A DNA stretch of 63,890 bases, filler included, from Octopus bimaculoides (GCF_001194135.2; 9 parts of 9 records of this genome joined end to end with filler, not necessarily neighbours in it); one strand, 5' to 3'. Positions 11,515-25,008 are shown, numbered from the whole stretch's first letter. A program made the numbers and translations. The notes: generated from the letters alone by a model not told the origin.

Positions 11515-11713
11515 TGTTGTGTAGACGCCCTCTGGCGATAAGTAGGTTAGTCCAATACGTATAAATAGCTAGACGAAAAGCGTCGAGCAGAGCGCAAGAG
11601 TGGAATAGCGGAAACCAGGACGGAGCCGTCGGTAGACTAGACGTCGAGTTCGGTATAGTCGAGTTGTCGGAAGTGAGAGTTGCGTAGAGGTTATCCGCAC
11701 GTGCGGTATAACA
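11515..11713. mobile_element. Solo LTR, 199 bp
   Basis: TGTT...AACA termini, internal TATAAATA, flanks ATACA/ATACC (5-bp TSD with one mismatch). The partner inverted arm supplies the empty site. Confidence 0.75.
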
Positions 11714-11909
11714 ATACCCATTCACTTTAGGGCTAATTTGCTCTTTTGTTCAGTTGCTCATTTGTTTCTATATACTTATATGTTCTCATCCCCTCCACTG
11801 ATACATGTGTGCATATTCATCCAATACATTTGAATAAATATACATAGTGCAATGTTTACAGTCTGATGTCTGCCGATTTTATATCCTCTCCGTTTTCTTA
11901 TTTGCTATA

Positions 11910-11912
11910 TGG

Positions 11913-11996
<84 letters not shown>

Positions 11997-12067
11997 TAAA
12001 TAACTAGCTAGCTATCTGTATATCTATCTCTCTACCTATCTACCTATCTATGTAGATAGATAGATAA

Positions 12068-12102
<35 letters not shown>

Positions 12103-12142
12103 CATACATACATACATACATACATACATACATACATACATA
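11910..12142. repeat. (TA)n,(GA)n,(TAGA)n,(TACA)n compound microsatellite
   Basis: Directly visible. Confidence 0.95.
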
Positions 12143-12166
12143 AGTAGATTGATACGCGAACAGGGA

Positions 12167-13543
12167 TAATGAAAGATGTAACGAATATTGATAAAATTAG
12201 ATTAATAAATTAGGCACATTTATCAAAAGGCACAAATTATACCAACTGAGACAATCAAAGTGATAGGAACATCGCATTACATCCGGTCAAACTAAATAAT
12301 TTCATAAGAGACATGCATTTTGTTGTATTTATTGAGTAAGTTATATAATCTGATTTCGTGAATTCGGTCTAAAATATTTACGATGCACTAATCAGAGGAT
12401 AACGGCTTGCCCCATCTTACCAAAGTACACATTCCAGAGTATTCCATAATGAGAACATTTTTCCCATTGAATTCCATATAACGGAATGAGATGCTGCCAT
12501 GCGAAATATTAGTGAAACTTGAGCTTGAAAATATGCTCGAAAATAAAAATTTCCTAGATGTTCACAGGTTCAATAAGTATATATATATATATATATATAT
12601 ATGAGGAGGCTTGCACAAGGGAATAACAAAGAATGCAGTAATATCCATGAAGTATATATACTCTGCCTCACATCTTTCAGACAGTCGTCGTCATCATCAT
12701 CATCATCATCAGTGAAATTCTTTATTCGTGACTATATTATGTATATCTGTTTGAATGTGACGACAACCCTGTTTTTATGTAAAGCTGAATGTAGTAACGG
12801 TCTACACCTTAGGTTGTTTACGAGTACGATTGTTGTTACAACTAACAGTAGGTCCCTACTGTGAGTGCCAATACTTTAGTCTCAATCATTTCTGTCACCT
12901 AAAATACTGTAGGTAGGGTTTCTATAACATCATCTTTAATTGTTTTTTTTTTTCCAAATGCTGTAGCTCCTCACAATACAAGCCTAAAATATATACTTAT
13001 GGAAACCCAATTACTTCACGTTTTATTTTTATAAATCTTTAAACTATTCATCCTTTTCTACTTTCACAATAGCTTAATGGACTTGTTTTAGACATTCTAT
13101 AGTAAAAAAAACCTTGAAGGCGCGAATACATTTTGGTTGTACGCTAAAATTTTTCCTGTCGTTTCTCATAGTAGGGTTATCCTCCTAGATTCTTTCTATC
13201 TATGAGTTGTTTCATATTTCTTCCAAACCAAATTTATTTAAGGTATTTATTTAAGGTATAACACACGTAATGGCATGTGTAATTTTGTAAGATGGAGCAA
13301 GCCGTTATCTTCTGATTAGTGCATCGTAAATATTTTAAACCCAATTCACGAAATCAGATTATATAACTTACACAGTAAATTCAACAACAAAATGCATGTC
13401 TCTTATGAAATTATCTAGGTTGACTGGTTGCAATGCGATGATCGTATCACTTTGATTGTCTCAGTTGGTGTAATTTGTGCATTTTGATAAATATATCTAA
13501 GCTAATAATCTAATTTTATCAATATTCGTTACATCCTTCATTA
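12167..13543. mobile_element. Non-coding element with ~270-bp terminal inverted repeats
   Basis: 12167-12434 is the reverse complement of 13272-13543 (e.g. GATGTAACGAATATTGATAAAATTAGATT, CCAACTGAGACAATCAAAGTGATA, TAAGTTATATAATCTGATTTCGTGAATT). Both ends are TA. Confidence 0.85.
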
Positions 13544-14264
13544 CTTACATCTGCTCCCTTATCAATCTATTTATGTATGTATGTATGTATGTATGTATGT
13601 ATGTATGTATATATGTATGTATGTATGTATGTATGCATGAATGTATGTATTCATGTATGTATGTATGCATGTGTCTATCTATTTATCTATCTATTTATCT
13701 ATCCATTTAGTATGGATTTGGTTGCTTTTTCCCTTTGTTATGGTGCTTGCAATCTTAGTCCCTTGCCCCTTTCTATGTCTTCTTATCTAAGCCAGTTTGT
13801 TTCTTTATCTTGCTTCTTTGTTTATTGTTTTATTTGATGCAATGTTATTAATTTTCTATTGTTCTCTTCGCCTTCACAAGTATCTGTACTGATGTGTCTT
13901 TCAAACTAATTTTTTCACAATACGAAATTTTGCAGATGAAGAATATCTGGGACAAAAGGACTAGGTGTGTGAGCGCAGATACGTATATCTGAGTAAATGT
14001 GTTTAGTCAGATTGACTTCTAGCGGGACGATCTCCCACGTTATTATGATATTTGTCATACGTTTCTCCTGGGTGGTTGTGTTGGTGTCTGCTGCTGGTGA
14101 TTTTCAGTGCATTTCGTTGTTGATAGATTTGCTGCTGCTGCTGCTGCTGCCGCTACTGTTGCCACTACTGCTGCTGTTTGCCCTGCTACTCTTTTATAGA
14201 TGCTGATGCTGCGGTGAAGGCGTTGGACGGCAGATGTGTTCTTCCAACACCTTTCATTTACAGA

Positions 14265-14710
14265 AGACAGTAAGCTCTTGGATAGTTTGAGTCCCCAAAT
14301 ATATAGCACATCGGTACCCAAATGCTTTGGAAAGTCCTAAGCGATTTGGAAGGTTGAACAAGAGAGGGATGGTTTCTATCCTACCATGGTCTGTCTTTCT
14401 AACAAGTTAGCACATTATTAATCCGAAAAGCTCATGCTGCATGACCAATTCTCCTTTCCCGGTCCGTGGTCCCACAATTTTGTTTTTGTCTGGCATATAA
14501 CACGGCCGCCATTAGCAAGAAGGTATTTACTGCAGGTTGTTCTTTAATTTGCCAACTTTCTGACAGTTATGTTGAAATTATATGTTCAGCGCCCTTTAAT
14601 GTTTCTGCTGAATTGTCTTCTTTGGTTTGGAATCTCACCTCAACTGTGACAAAAGCTCTTCCCTTCCAAGAGCAACATAGACTTTTATGTCGGCTCAAGG
14701 TCAAAGCATA
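14265..14710 (-). mobile_element. Decayed LINE ORF1/gag-like fragment
   Basis: One minus frame with several stops ends in PMCYIFGDSNYPRAYCL, a degenerate CX2CX4HX4C zinc knuckle. Confidence 0.4.
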
Positions 14711-16576
14711 GGACACCAGCAAAAAATAAACCAATACTAGCGTAACTAGCTTTTTAGCAGTGATGGAATAATCTTTTACCTATGATGGACAATGAGAATG
14801 AGCATGGGAAAAATGATGGTCCACTTCTTGAAGCAGCAAGGAACTATCAGTCAGATATTTGCAGTAATACGGTAAAGCATTACAGAGAAGCAGGCGGTTG
14901 ACTGAAATTTAAAATTTAGATGGAAAATAGATCAAAGCAAGGGAATACAAATATAACAGAGCTAAGACAGACAAAAAGATAGTTTAAGAAATAAAGCTAA
15001 TTGGAAAGCATTTATATGTATGAATATATACAAACATACATATACTTAGGTGTGCAAGTGTATGTGTGCTTCTGTGTATGTATGTGTGTATGTATGTAAG
15101 TATGTATGTATGTATGTATGTATGTTTGTATTATGTATGCATGCATGTGCATATGTATACGTCTTTGATAGCATAGTAGCGGGGTAAAATGATCAGAAAT
15201 ACATTAGTCGACATCAAATGCAACAAATATATTATTTAGATACTTGAATGTTCTAACTTCGTTAGTCTAATAATAAAAGTAACGAGTCCTAGAATAAGCA
15301 TATGATCACAAAATTTATAGATGGACAATAATCGATTAGATCTACTCATTAAATCTTTGCCATTTATTTTATAAGCATTGAAAAAGTTAACCAAAATAGG
15401 ATTTGATTATAGAAGCTAAATGGATGTAATTTATTGCTACTCATTGTTATTCCACTCTTTAGGAATTCGTCACTACATCATACATCTCCCAGTAATAAAT
15501 ATTTCTTAGGCAGATATCCAAACAATTCAATTGAATCTAGGTTCACTGATACTTAAGCATTCCACTACAATTATTAATAGTTATTGTACGTACAAGCGTA
15601 TCATTCTGAAGAACGTTGACAACTTCTTTCCGTGAATGCTTATATTTTATGGCTAGCAGAAATTGTCTAAAGCCTACATCAAATTCTCGTTTATATATAA
15701 TTTCGAAATTATGATAAATAATTGATTTTTAAATTATGAATAGTGTTTGCATACTCTAAAAATATTATTTTTCATGCAATTTGATTTTTTTTCTTTCAAT
15801 TTATATGTTGTGCTTTTGCGAGATACATTTCGATATGAAAACATAATTAGTCTGCAACGAGATTAAGTTACTTTCAGATCAAGGTTATTCGCTCTCCTAT
15901 TTTTCGATATGTTTTATATATTCTCAAATTGCGACTTTGTAAATCGACGGAAAAGATCAAAGCCATCCCATCTCTAACTAGAAAGAACTTATAATAGATG
16001 AGGTTATTTTAATTATATTTACGAAATATAAAGGCTAGGTTTGAACAATTATTTCTCGCTTGTCACCCAATCTTATCTTAAAGATAATGCATGCATACAT
16101 TCTGAAGTATAATGATGCAAGTGATCCATACACTGTAAATTATGCCAAAATTTTAAAACAGTAACAGAAAAGATGTGATATAAACATGCAAAAGAAAGCA
16201 TTCCAGATAAAAACAAGGCAAGGCTGCAACGGAATATGCCAACCCTCACATACAGGAAGTCAGGATAAATTGAACGGAATAACTATTAAGTCAGGTTGCA
16301 ATTCTTCTTAAATGCATCAGTCAGAGGAGGGATGAACATTCGCCAATGAAATCGGAAAATGATTTGAAATTAAACACCTGTAAAAATGAGATTATGTGAC
16401 TGAAGGTGCTAGCAAAAGAAACAGAGCATGGCAAGTGAAAAAGGAAAGATAAAGACAAATGCATAGGCACAAACGCGCACGCACACATGCACACAGTCTC
16501 ACATATATATATATATATATACTTATATATATATATATACATATATATATACTTACACAAACATGTAAATATACTT

Positions 16577-16639
<63 letters not shown>

Positions 16640-16649
16640 NNNNNNNNNN

Positions 16650-16691
<42 letters not shown>

Positions 16692-18908
16692 ATATGAAGA
16701 TAGATAGTTACATACATACACACGAATATTCATACATGCATACATACATACATGCAAATTATATTGCTGCAATGAAGAAAATAACAATATTGTGAAGATG
16801 TTGGTAGATAGTTCCAGTTCATTGTTCCATTGTTCTATTGCTTCGCACGTGCCCACACCTTTATTGTAAACAGAACACATGTATAATATCAAAGATGTCC
16901 ATAACAAATATACGTTGGAATTACAAGATGCAAAATCAAGAAACGCAGTTTATATTTGTAACCGTTTGGCTCCAGTTGTTAATGTAATTCATTCGTATTA
17001 GGAAAGATTTTATAACGTTGCCGATAGTATAGACAGGATTCAATCTTAAAATAGTACAGCGATTCTGACCGTTTAAAAGCGTTCCTTTTTTTTTTGACCG
17101 TGCGAATCATTCAGTTCACGTTGTCCCAGAAGCGCAAAGCAAGTGTATGTGACAATCTGACGAACAAATACAGTCGGTATGAATCACTGCGTCGGACAAA
17201 TGATCTATTACGTTAACCACGCTGTTGAAGTTAGCACTAATTGACGATGCTGTGAAAGGGTGATAGCTCCAAGTTTAAGAACTGAGATTTATTGATTATG
17301 AACACGTCTTTGTCTGTTTTCTCTTTAACATATCGCTTAATTTCTTATTTCGATTTCAATACCCACTCCCTTCCCTATAAATCCTTCTGTCATATTCAGC
17401 CTCATATTCACTTCTGATATCTCTGTGAAAATGACAACTGATGGAGATCGCATACATTGACGACTCGAAAATATGTAAAAAGGCTAATAGGCATGATCAT
17501 ATGATGGCACTTAATTTTTAAATCATTCATTTCTCTTTACAAATATATATATATATATATATATANNNNNNNNNNNNNNNNNNNNNNNNNNNNNNNNNNN
17601 NNNNNNNNNNNNNNNNNNNNNNNNNNNNNNNNNNNNNNNNNNNNNNNNNNNNNNNNNNNNNNNNNNNNNNNNNNNNNNNNNNNNNNNNNNNNNNNNNNNN
17701 NNNNNNNNNNNNNNNNNNNNNNNNNNNNNNNNNNNNNNNNNNNNNNNNNNNNNNNNNNNNNNNNNNNNNNNNNNNNNNNNNNNNNNNNNNNNNNNNNNNN
17801 NNNNNNNNNNNNNNNNNNNNNNNNNNNNNNNNNNNNNNNNNNNNNNNNNNNNNNNNNNNNNNNNNNNNNNNNNNNNNNNNNNNNNNNNNNNNNNNNNNNN
17901 NNNNNNNNNNNNNNNNNNNNNNNNNNNNNNNNNNNNNNNNNNNNNNNNNNNNNNNNNNNNNNNNNNNNNNNNNNNNNNNNNNNNNNNNNNNNNNNNNNNN
18001 NNNNNNNNNNNNNNNNNNNNNNNNNNNNNNNNNNNNNNNNNNNNNNNNNNNNNNNNNNNNNNNNNNNNNNNNNNNNNNNNNNNNNNNNNNNNNNNNNNNN
18101 NNNNNNNNNNNNNNNNNNNNNNNNNNNNNNNNNNNNNNNNNNNNNNNNNNNNNNNNNNNNNNNNNNNNNNNNNNNNNNNNNNNNNNNNNNNNNNNNNNNN
18201 NNNNNNNNNNNNNNNNNNNNNNNNNNNNNNNNNNNNNNNNNNNNNNNNNNNNNNNNNNNNNNNNNNNNNNNNNNNNNNNNNNNNNNNNNNNNNNNNNNNN
18301 NNNNNNNNNNNNNNNNNNNNNNNNNNNNNNNNNNNNNNNNNNNNNNNNNNNNNNNNNNNNNNNNNNNNNNNNNNNNNNNNNNNNNNNNNNNNNNNNNNNN
18401 NNNNNNNNNNNNNNNNNNNNNNNNNNNNNNNNNNNNNNNNNNNNNNNNNNNNNNNNNNNNNNNNNNNNNNNNNNNNNNNNNNNNNNNNNNNNNNNNNNNN
18501 NNNNNNNNNNNNNNNNNNNNNNNNNATATATGATAGAGGAAAATGCATTAAGTCCTAAAAACGTACACGTGGAACAGACATAAGAACCCTAATTCTTCCT
18601 CAGTTATCGACCAAAACTACTAATATGGTGCCTTTAACGATAAGAATGGGAAATTTGTATATCGGCGGCTTCCGCAAAATTTGTGGAAGGATTCCTCAAA
18701 TGGGTATGAGTATATATATGTGGTGTGAAGGAAAGAAAGTTGTGAATCTAGTCGACTTAACGGTTTCTCATGAAGATAACATGGACGTCATTCGGGCTCG
18801 AATGTAAAAACGTAGGCTGGAAAGCGGAGCATTTTCCAATCGCAGTCGGATGTACAGGGTTTGTTGGACACGGTGTGAAACGAATGTTTGTTATCATTAG
18901 GCCTAAAT

Positions 18909-18960
<52 letters not shown>

Positions 18961-19059
18961 NNNNNNNNNNNNNNNNNNNNNNNNNNNNNNNNNNNNNNNN
19001 NNNNTTAATTAATTAANNNNNNNNNNNNNNNNNNNNNNNNNNNNNNNNNNNNNNNNNNN

Positions 19060-19122
19060 NGCGATGATAATGATAATGCAGATGAGGTGGAGAGTGATGG
19101 ATAGTTATCGAAGAATATGAAA

Positions 19123-19158
<36 letters not shown>

Positions 19159-19450
19159 GTGACGATGACAATGACAAGGATGATGATGACGTTGACAACA
19201 ACGATGATGATGGTGATTGTGATGATGACAAAGACAATGATGATTATGATGATGATGATGATGATGATGATGATGGTGATGATGGTGAGGAGGAGGAAGA
19301 GGAAGGGAAAAAGAAGAGGTTGCCGGTGACAATAATGATGATGAGGATGATGATGACAATAACAATGATGACAGCAAAGACAACATCGGCGATGATGATG
19401 ATGATAATGATGACGACGACGATGACAATGATGATGATGACGTTCATGAT
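19060..19450. repeat. (GAT)n/(GAC)n trinucleotide array
   Basis: Directly visible. Confidence 0.95.
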
Positions 19451-19640
19451 AGTAGTGGGGTGGGAGTGGTGAGGATTTTGTGTATGTGTGTGTGGGAGGG
19501 GGTGAGGAATATTGTCGAAAACGACATACAGTGATTGTAATACATCAAATTCTAACATTGTTCCCTTTAAATACATCATAAATATTCATTTCTAAGAAAT
19601 TACCAAAAAGTTACATTGTTCATATCTCTTTTATTCACAG

Positions 19641-19771
19641 GACAGAATATTCTTTGCCGAAAAGAAAAAATTTGGAAAATTTATTTCATGTATTATGTTC
19701 TTCTATAGAAATATTTATTCCACATTTGACGAAAACGATTTTTCTTTTGTCTGAATTCCCATTAAATAACT
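19641..19771 (+). CDS. Internal coding exon of an unidentified gene (phase 2 to phase 1)
   Basis: Strong acceptor TCTCTTTTATTCACAG and donor ACT|GTAAGTAT. 131 nt, open in one frame only: TEYSLPKRKNLENLFHVLCSSIEIFIPHLTKTIFLLSEFPLNN. Confidence 0.65.
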
Positions 19772-20629
19772 GTAAGTATTCATTTTCAATCAAAGTTTTA
19801 TTTTTTCTTCTGTTCTTGTTATTTTTGGTGATAGGTGGCTACAAGCAAGCTTGCTGTTGATGTTCGTGATATCATAACTTCATTGATATCATAATAACCA
19901 GGCTTGATAATACATACATAAACTCACACACACACATCAACATTATATATATATGTATGTATAAGCTAATGTCAAACTGTGAGAATGAGTGCTCGACAAC
20001 ACACTGGGGGATGAATATTTTTGATTTGTGGGTTAACAAGGCTGCCATTGGTTTCATGCTGTGAGAAAATTTCTTGCCACATGGGTCATCGGTACTGATT
20101 TCCATCTTCAATGAGAATATATGTGTGTGCGTGTATGCATATATATATATATATATATATATATANNNNNNNNNNNNNNNNNNNNNNNNNNNNNNNNNNN
20201 NNNNNNNNNNNNNNNNNNNNNNNNNNNNNNNNNNNNNNNNNNNNNNNNNNNNNNNNNNNNNNNNNNNNNNNNNNNNNNNNNNNNNNNNNNNNNNNNNNNN
20301 NNNNNNNNNNNNNNNNNNNNNNNNNNNNNNNNNNNNNNNNNNNNNNNNNNNNNNNNNNNNNNNNNNNNNNNNNNNNNNNNNNNNNNNNNNNNNNNNNNNN
20401 NNNNNNNNNNNNNNNNNNNNNNNNNNNNNNNNNNNNNNNNNNNNNNNNNNNNNNNNNNNNNNNNNNNNNNNNNNNNNNNNNNNNNNNNNNNNNNNNNNNN
20501 NNNNNNNNNNNNNNNNNNNNNNNNNNNNNNNNNNNNNNNNNNNNNNNNNNNNNNNNNNNNNNNNNNNNNNNNNNNNNNNNNNNNNNNATATATATATATA
20601 TATACATACACATATACATAATATATATG

Positions 20630-20810
20630 TATATATATTTGGAATTTATGAAAAAACAAAACAAAAGATGAAGACAGGTGTGTAAACAACAAACAGATGT
20701 ATTAGTTTAACACTCAGGAAGTGAGAAAGTCTTTTACATTTCGAGCCTATGCTCTTCCACAGAAAGAAACACAGAAATAAACAGTGCGAGAAAATGAAAA
20801 AAGGTTTAGG
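20630..20810 (-). mobile_element. Penelope-like terminal repeat (family with copies at 40420-40570 and 45520-45690)
   Basis: Reverse complement aligns with 45520-45690 (GAAGAGC.TAGGCTCGAAA.GTAAAAGAC...AAACTAATACA...ACACCTGTCTTC.TCTTTTGTTTTG). Confidence 0.65.
20730..20767 (-). ncRNA. Hammerhead-like motif H4 (CUGU core variant)
   Basis: TCTTT-CTGTGGA-A-GAGC/ATAG/GCTC-GAAA-T-GT-A-AAAGA: 5-bp stem I, 4-bp stem II, GUA triplet, U at core position 6. Confidence 0.5.
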
Positions 20811-21109
20811 GACTACCCACAATCATTGCTTTTTTGTTCTTTTGTCTTTGTTGTTGTACCCATTCGCTTGCTTTCTCCCAAAATATTTAATGCTCTTAGC
20901 TTAGAATCTTGGGGCCAGCTAGATTTGAACAGTCTCAAGAGTAACTGGCTGAAATTGTAAGAATGATCGAGAAACTCAACTGATGAGAAAAGGCCATGAA
21001 TGGCCCTTCCTTGTTTTTTCCTGTCTGTCTTTGTATCGTGTATCTGTCCAGATGTTTTATTGTTGTTTGTTGCACTCTTGTTCCATTTTTTTTATTTATA
21101 TATAGATAC

Positions 21110-21720
21110 ATCATCATCATCATCATCATCGTTTAACGTCCGCTTTCCATGCTAGCATGGGTTGGACGATTTGACTGAGGACTGGTGAAACCGGATGGCA
21201 ACACCAGGCTCCAGTCTGATTTGGCAGAGTTTCTACAGCTGGATGCCCTTCCTAACGCCAACCACTCAGAGAGTGTAGTGGGTGCTTTTACGTGTCACCC
21301 GCACGAAAACGGCCACGCTCGAAATNNNNNNNNNNNNNNNNNNNNNNNNNNNNNNNNNNNNNNNNAGTCATCGCCTCGGTGAGGCCCAATGTATGAAGGT
21401 CTTGCCTCACCACCTCAGCCCAGGTCTTCCTGGGCCTACCTCTTCCACGGGTTCCCTCAACTGTTAGGGTGTGGCACTTTTTCACGCAGCTATCCTCCTC
21501 CATTCTCACCACATGTCCATACCAGCGCAATCGTCTCTCTTGCACGCCACAACTGATGCTTCTAATGTTCAGCTTTTCTCTCAAGATACTTACACTCTGA
21601 CGGGTATTCACATTGACATTACACATCCAACGGAGCATACTGGCTTCATTCCTTGCGAGCTTACGTATGTCCTCAGCAGTTACAGCCCATGTTTCACTGC
21701 CATGTAGCATGGTTGTTCTA
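21110..21720 (-). mobile_element. RTE-clade LINE 3' end with 3' UTR ending in (GAT)n
   Basis: [10 protein letters not shown]...ASMLRWMC...[22 protein letters not shown]...[13 protein letters not shown] (21366-21718), then the tail GGTTGGCGTTAGGAAGGGCATCCAGCTGTAGAAAC...GGACGTTAAACGATGATG. Confidence 0.92.
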
Positions 21721-21809
21721 CATACATATATATATGTATATGTGTGTGTGTGCGTGTGTGTGTGTGTATACATATAAATATATACATATATATACATACA
21801 TTCATACAT

Positions 21810-21895
<86 letters not shown>

Positions 21896-21920
21896 ATGTA
21901 TGTATATGTATATATATATA

Positions 21921-22126
21921 TATGAGGGGTTACTTTATAGGTATTGTGAAAGGCCTGGTTGGAGGCACAACCTTCCGAGACCTTTTACTGGGCTTAGAAA
22001 AACTGAAGGATCACTGCAATATGTGTGTGAATCTGAGAGGGGAATATGTTGAATAAAATCATAATTAACTGATCTTCCTGTATATTCTTTTATCCAAAGA
22101 CAAGAACTTTTCAGCACCCTCTCGTA
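21921..22126 (+). mobile_element. Internally deleted mariner derivative
   Basis: Ends TA(T/C)GAG(G/A)GG as an inverted pair. The interior encodes a mariner-type terminus ([10 protein letters not shown]). Confidence 0.6.
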
Positions 22127-22146
22127 TCGTATGTATATAAACAGAT

Positions 22147-22182
<36 letters not shown>

Positions 22183-22194
22183 ATATGTCATCAA

Positions 22195-22400
22195 CATCAT
22201 CATTACCATCTTTGATTAACATTTGTTTTCCCATGTTGGCATGAGTTGGATGGTTTGACAGGATCCACTGAGGCGTAAGGCTGTGTTGTGCTCTGTACTA
22301 GCTTTGGCATAGGTTCAATGGTTGAATGCCTCTCCTAATGTCAACCACTTTACAGTGTACTTTTCATGCCATCAGCACTTGAGGGGCTGCCAAGTAACTT
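22195..22400 (-). mobile_element. RTE-type 3' tail repeat, CpG-decayed
   Basis: Homologous to the tail at 21110-21325. Confidence 0.7.
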
Positions 22401-23268
22401 GTAGGATGTATCTATCTATCTATATATTTGTTTGTATATATGCATGTGTGTGTGTTTATGTGTGTGTACATGTACATATAGATACATATGTATGATACCT
22501 ACACACACACACACACACACATATGTATATATATTTGTATATATATGTGTGTGTGTATATATATATATATATNNNNNNNNNNNNNNNNNNNNNNNNNNNN
22601 NNNNNNNNNNNNNNNNNNNNNNNNNNNNNNNNNNNNNNNNNNNNNNNNNNNNNNNNNNNNNNNNNNNNNNNNNNNNNNNNNNNNNNNNNNNNNNNNNNNN
22701 NNNNNNNNNNNNNNNNNNNNNNNNNNNNNNNNNNNNNNNNNNNNNNNNNNNNNNNNNNNNNNNNNNNNNNNNNNNNNNNNNNNNNNNNNNNNNNNNNNNN
22801 NNNNNNNNNNNNNNNNNNNNNNNNNNNNNNNNNNNNNNNNNNNNNNNNNNNNNNNNNNNNNNNNNNNNNNNNNNNNNNNNNNNNNNNNNNNNNNNNNNNN
22901 NNNNNNNNNNNNNNNNNNNNNNNNNNNNNNNNNNNNNNNNNNNNNNNNNNNNNNNNNNNNNNNNNNNNNNNNNNNNNNNNNNNNNNNNNNNNNNNNNNNN
23001 NNNNNNNNNNNNNNNNNNNNNNNNNNNNNNNNNNNNNNNNNNNNNNNNNNNNNNNNNNNNNNNNNNNNNNNNNNNNNNNNNNNNNNNNNNNNNNNNNNNN
23101 NNNNNNNNNNNNNNNNNNNNNNNNNNNNNNNNNNNNNNNNNNNNNNNNNNNNNNNNNNNNNNNNNNNNNNNNNNNNNNNNNNNNNNNNNNNNNNNNNNNN
23201 NNNNNNNNNNNNNNNNNNNNNNNNNNNNNNNNNNNNNNNNNNNNNNNNNNNNNNNNNNNNNNNNNNNN

Positions 23269-23318
<50 letters not shown>

Positions 23319-23492
23319 GTACATACATACATATATGTTTACGTATAGTAGCCCATAACTATAATTATATTTTTATTATTATATACGTAAAAGAATTAAT
23401 GTTACCTAAACAGTAATTTTTAAGTGCTAGGCCAGTGATATAATCATTTTTATGATTATATCCTTATCTAATAAATATATATATATAATCTT

Positions 23493-23762
23493 TTATCTTT
23501 TACTTCTTTCAGTCATTTGACTGAGGCCATGCTGGGGCACCATCTTGAACGGTTTTTTGTTAAACAAATTGACTCCAGGACTTATTTGTTAAGCCTAGTA
23601 CTAATTCTATCAGCCACTTTTGCCAAACCTCTAAGTTACAGGCAAGTAAACATGTCAACACTGGTTGTCAAGTGGTGGTGGTGGGACAAACACAGACTCA
23701 AAGAGCCCCCCCCACCATATATNNNNNNNNNNGACAAACACAGACTCAAAGAGCCCCCCCCA

Positions 23763-23803
<41 letters not shown>

Positions 23804-23980
23804 CCACACACACACACACACACACATACATACATGACGGTCTTCTTTCAGCTTCCATCTACCAAATCCACTAACAAGGCTTTGATTGGCCTTAGGCTGT
23901 AGCAGAAGACACTTGCCATGCAGTAGGACTGAACCTAGAACCATGTGGTTGGGAAGCTTGCATTTTACCACACAGCTATG
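23493..23980 (-). mobile_element. SINE family A, degenerate, with internal microsatellite
   Basis: Tail at 23493-23700, (TA)/(CA) tract, head at 23835-23980. Confidence 0.85.
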
Positions 23981-23995
23981 TGTTTCTGTGTGAAG

Positions 23996-24058
<63 letters not shown>

Positions 24059-24179
24059 AGTCTGTCTGTCTGTCTGTCTGCATATCTATCTATCTACCAA
24101 TTTGTATTTGTCCCCTCTGTGTTTCAGCCCGGTGTGGCCAATAAATAAAGTTATATACCTATATATCTATATATACTAT

Positions 24180-24545
24180 CTGAACATGATTGATACCAGG
24201 ACTGCCCGACTGGCAGTGCCACCATGCTGTTGGCACAGAAAAAGCACCATCCGAATGTGACTGATGCCAGTACCCTCTGACTGGCTCCCATGCTGGTGGC
24301 ACATAAAAAGCACCATCTGAACGTGATTGATGCCAGGCCTGCTTGACTGGCTCCTGTGTTGGTGGCACATAAAAAGCACCCACTACACTCTTGGGGTGGT
24401 TGGCGTTAGGAAGGGCATCCAGCTGTAGAAACTCTGCCAGATCAGATTGGATTCTGGTGCAGCTGCTGGCTCTCCAGATCTCAGTCAAACCGTCCAACCC
24501 ATGACAGCATGGAAAACGGACATTAATCAATGATGATGATGATAT
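24180..24545 (+). mobile_element. RTE-type 3' tail preceded by a three-copy ~65-bp tandem repeat
   Basis: Repeated GGCAC(A/T)(G/T)AAAAAGCACC blocks, then GGTTGGCGTTAGGAAGGGCATCC...GGACATTAATCAATGATGATG. Confidence 0.8.
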
Positions 24546-24553
24546 ATATATAT

Positions 24554-24585
<32 letters not shown>

Positions 24586-24587
24586 GT

Positions 24588-24646
<59 letters not shown>

Positions 24647-25008
24647 GTATATGTCTTTCTTAAAATGGAAAATATGATTTTAATCTTAACTGTAATCCTT
24701 TTGATACTGCCACGTATGAGACTGCTTATATTTCTATCATACAAAAACAACTTACTGTAAATTCCTCTTCGCTCTCTAATACACATTTCAATTTTGCTAC
24801 TTAAATTATCTTAGAAACCTATAATACTATAATGCTACGCCTAGCACACAGTGTTACAGAATTGTTACAAGAGTAGATATTCTACTATTATCCAATACAT
24901 TAGATTTTTAAAATGTCATTTTATATAGAATATATTGATCTCCACTACCTCCTCTGTATCATGGCTTATGAACAGAAGAAGTCTTGTGGTGGATCATGGA
25001 TGGTTCAG

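Larger units (their letters stand above)
10541..11910 (-). mobile_element. Penelope-like element with ~255-bp inverted terminal arms
   Basis: 10541-10795 is the reverse complement of 11448-11910 once a 204-bp insertion is removed (58-nt inner block: 8 mismatches). Contains hammerhead-like H3 and a degenerate minus-strand reading (DHTIKPTTKVLWK..LLDELLL..W) loosely like a GIY-YIG C-terminus. Confidence 0.55.

Noticed and set aside
16230-16378. Minus-strand segment with acceptor TTTTTACAG and donor-like GTGAGG
   Set aside because: All three frames contain stops. It could be a non-coding or terminal exon, but this is unsupported.
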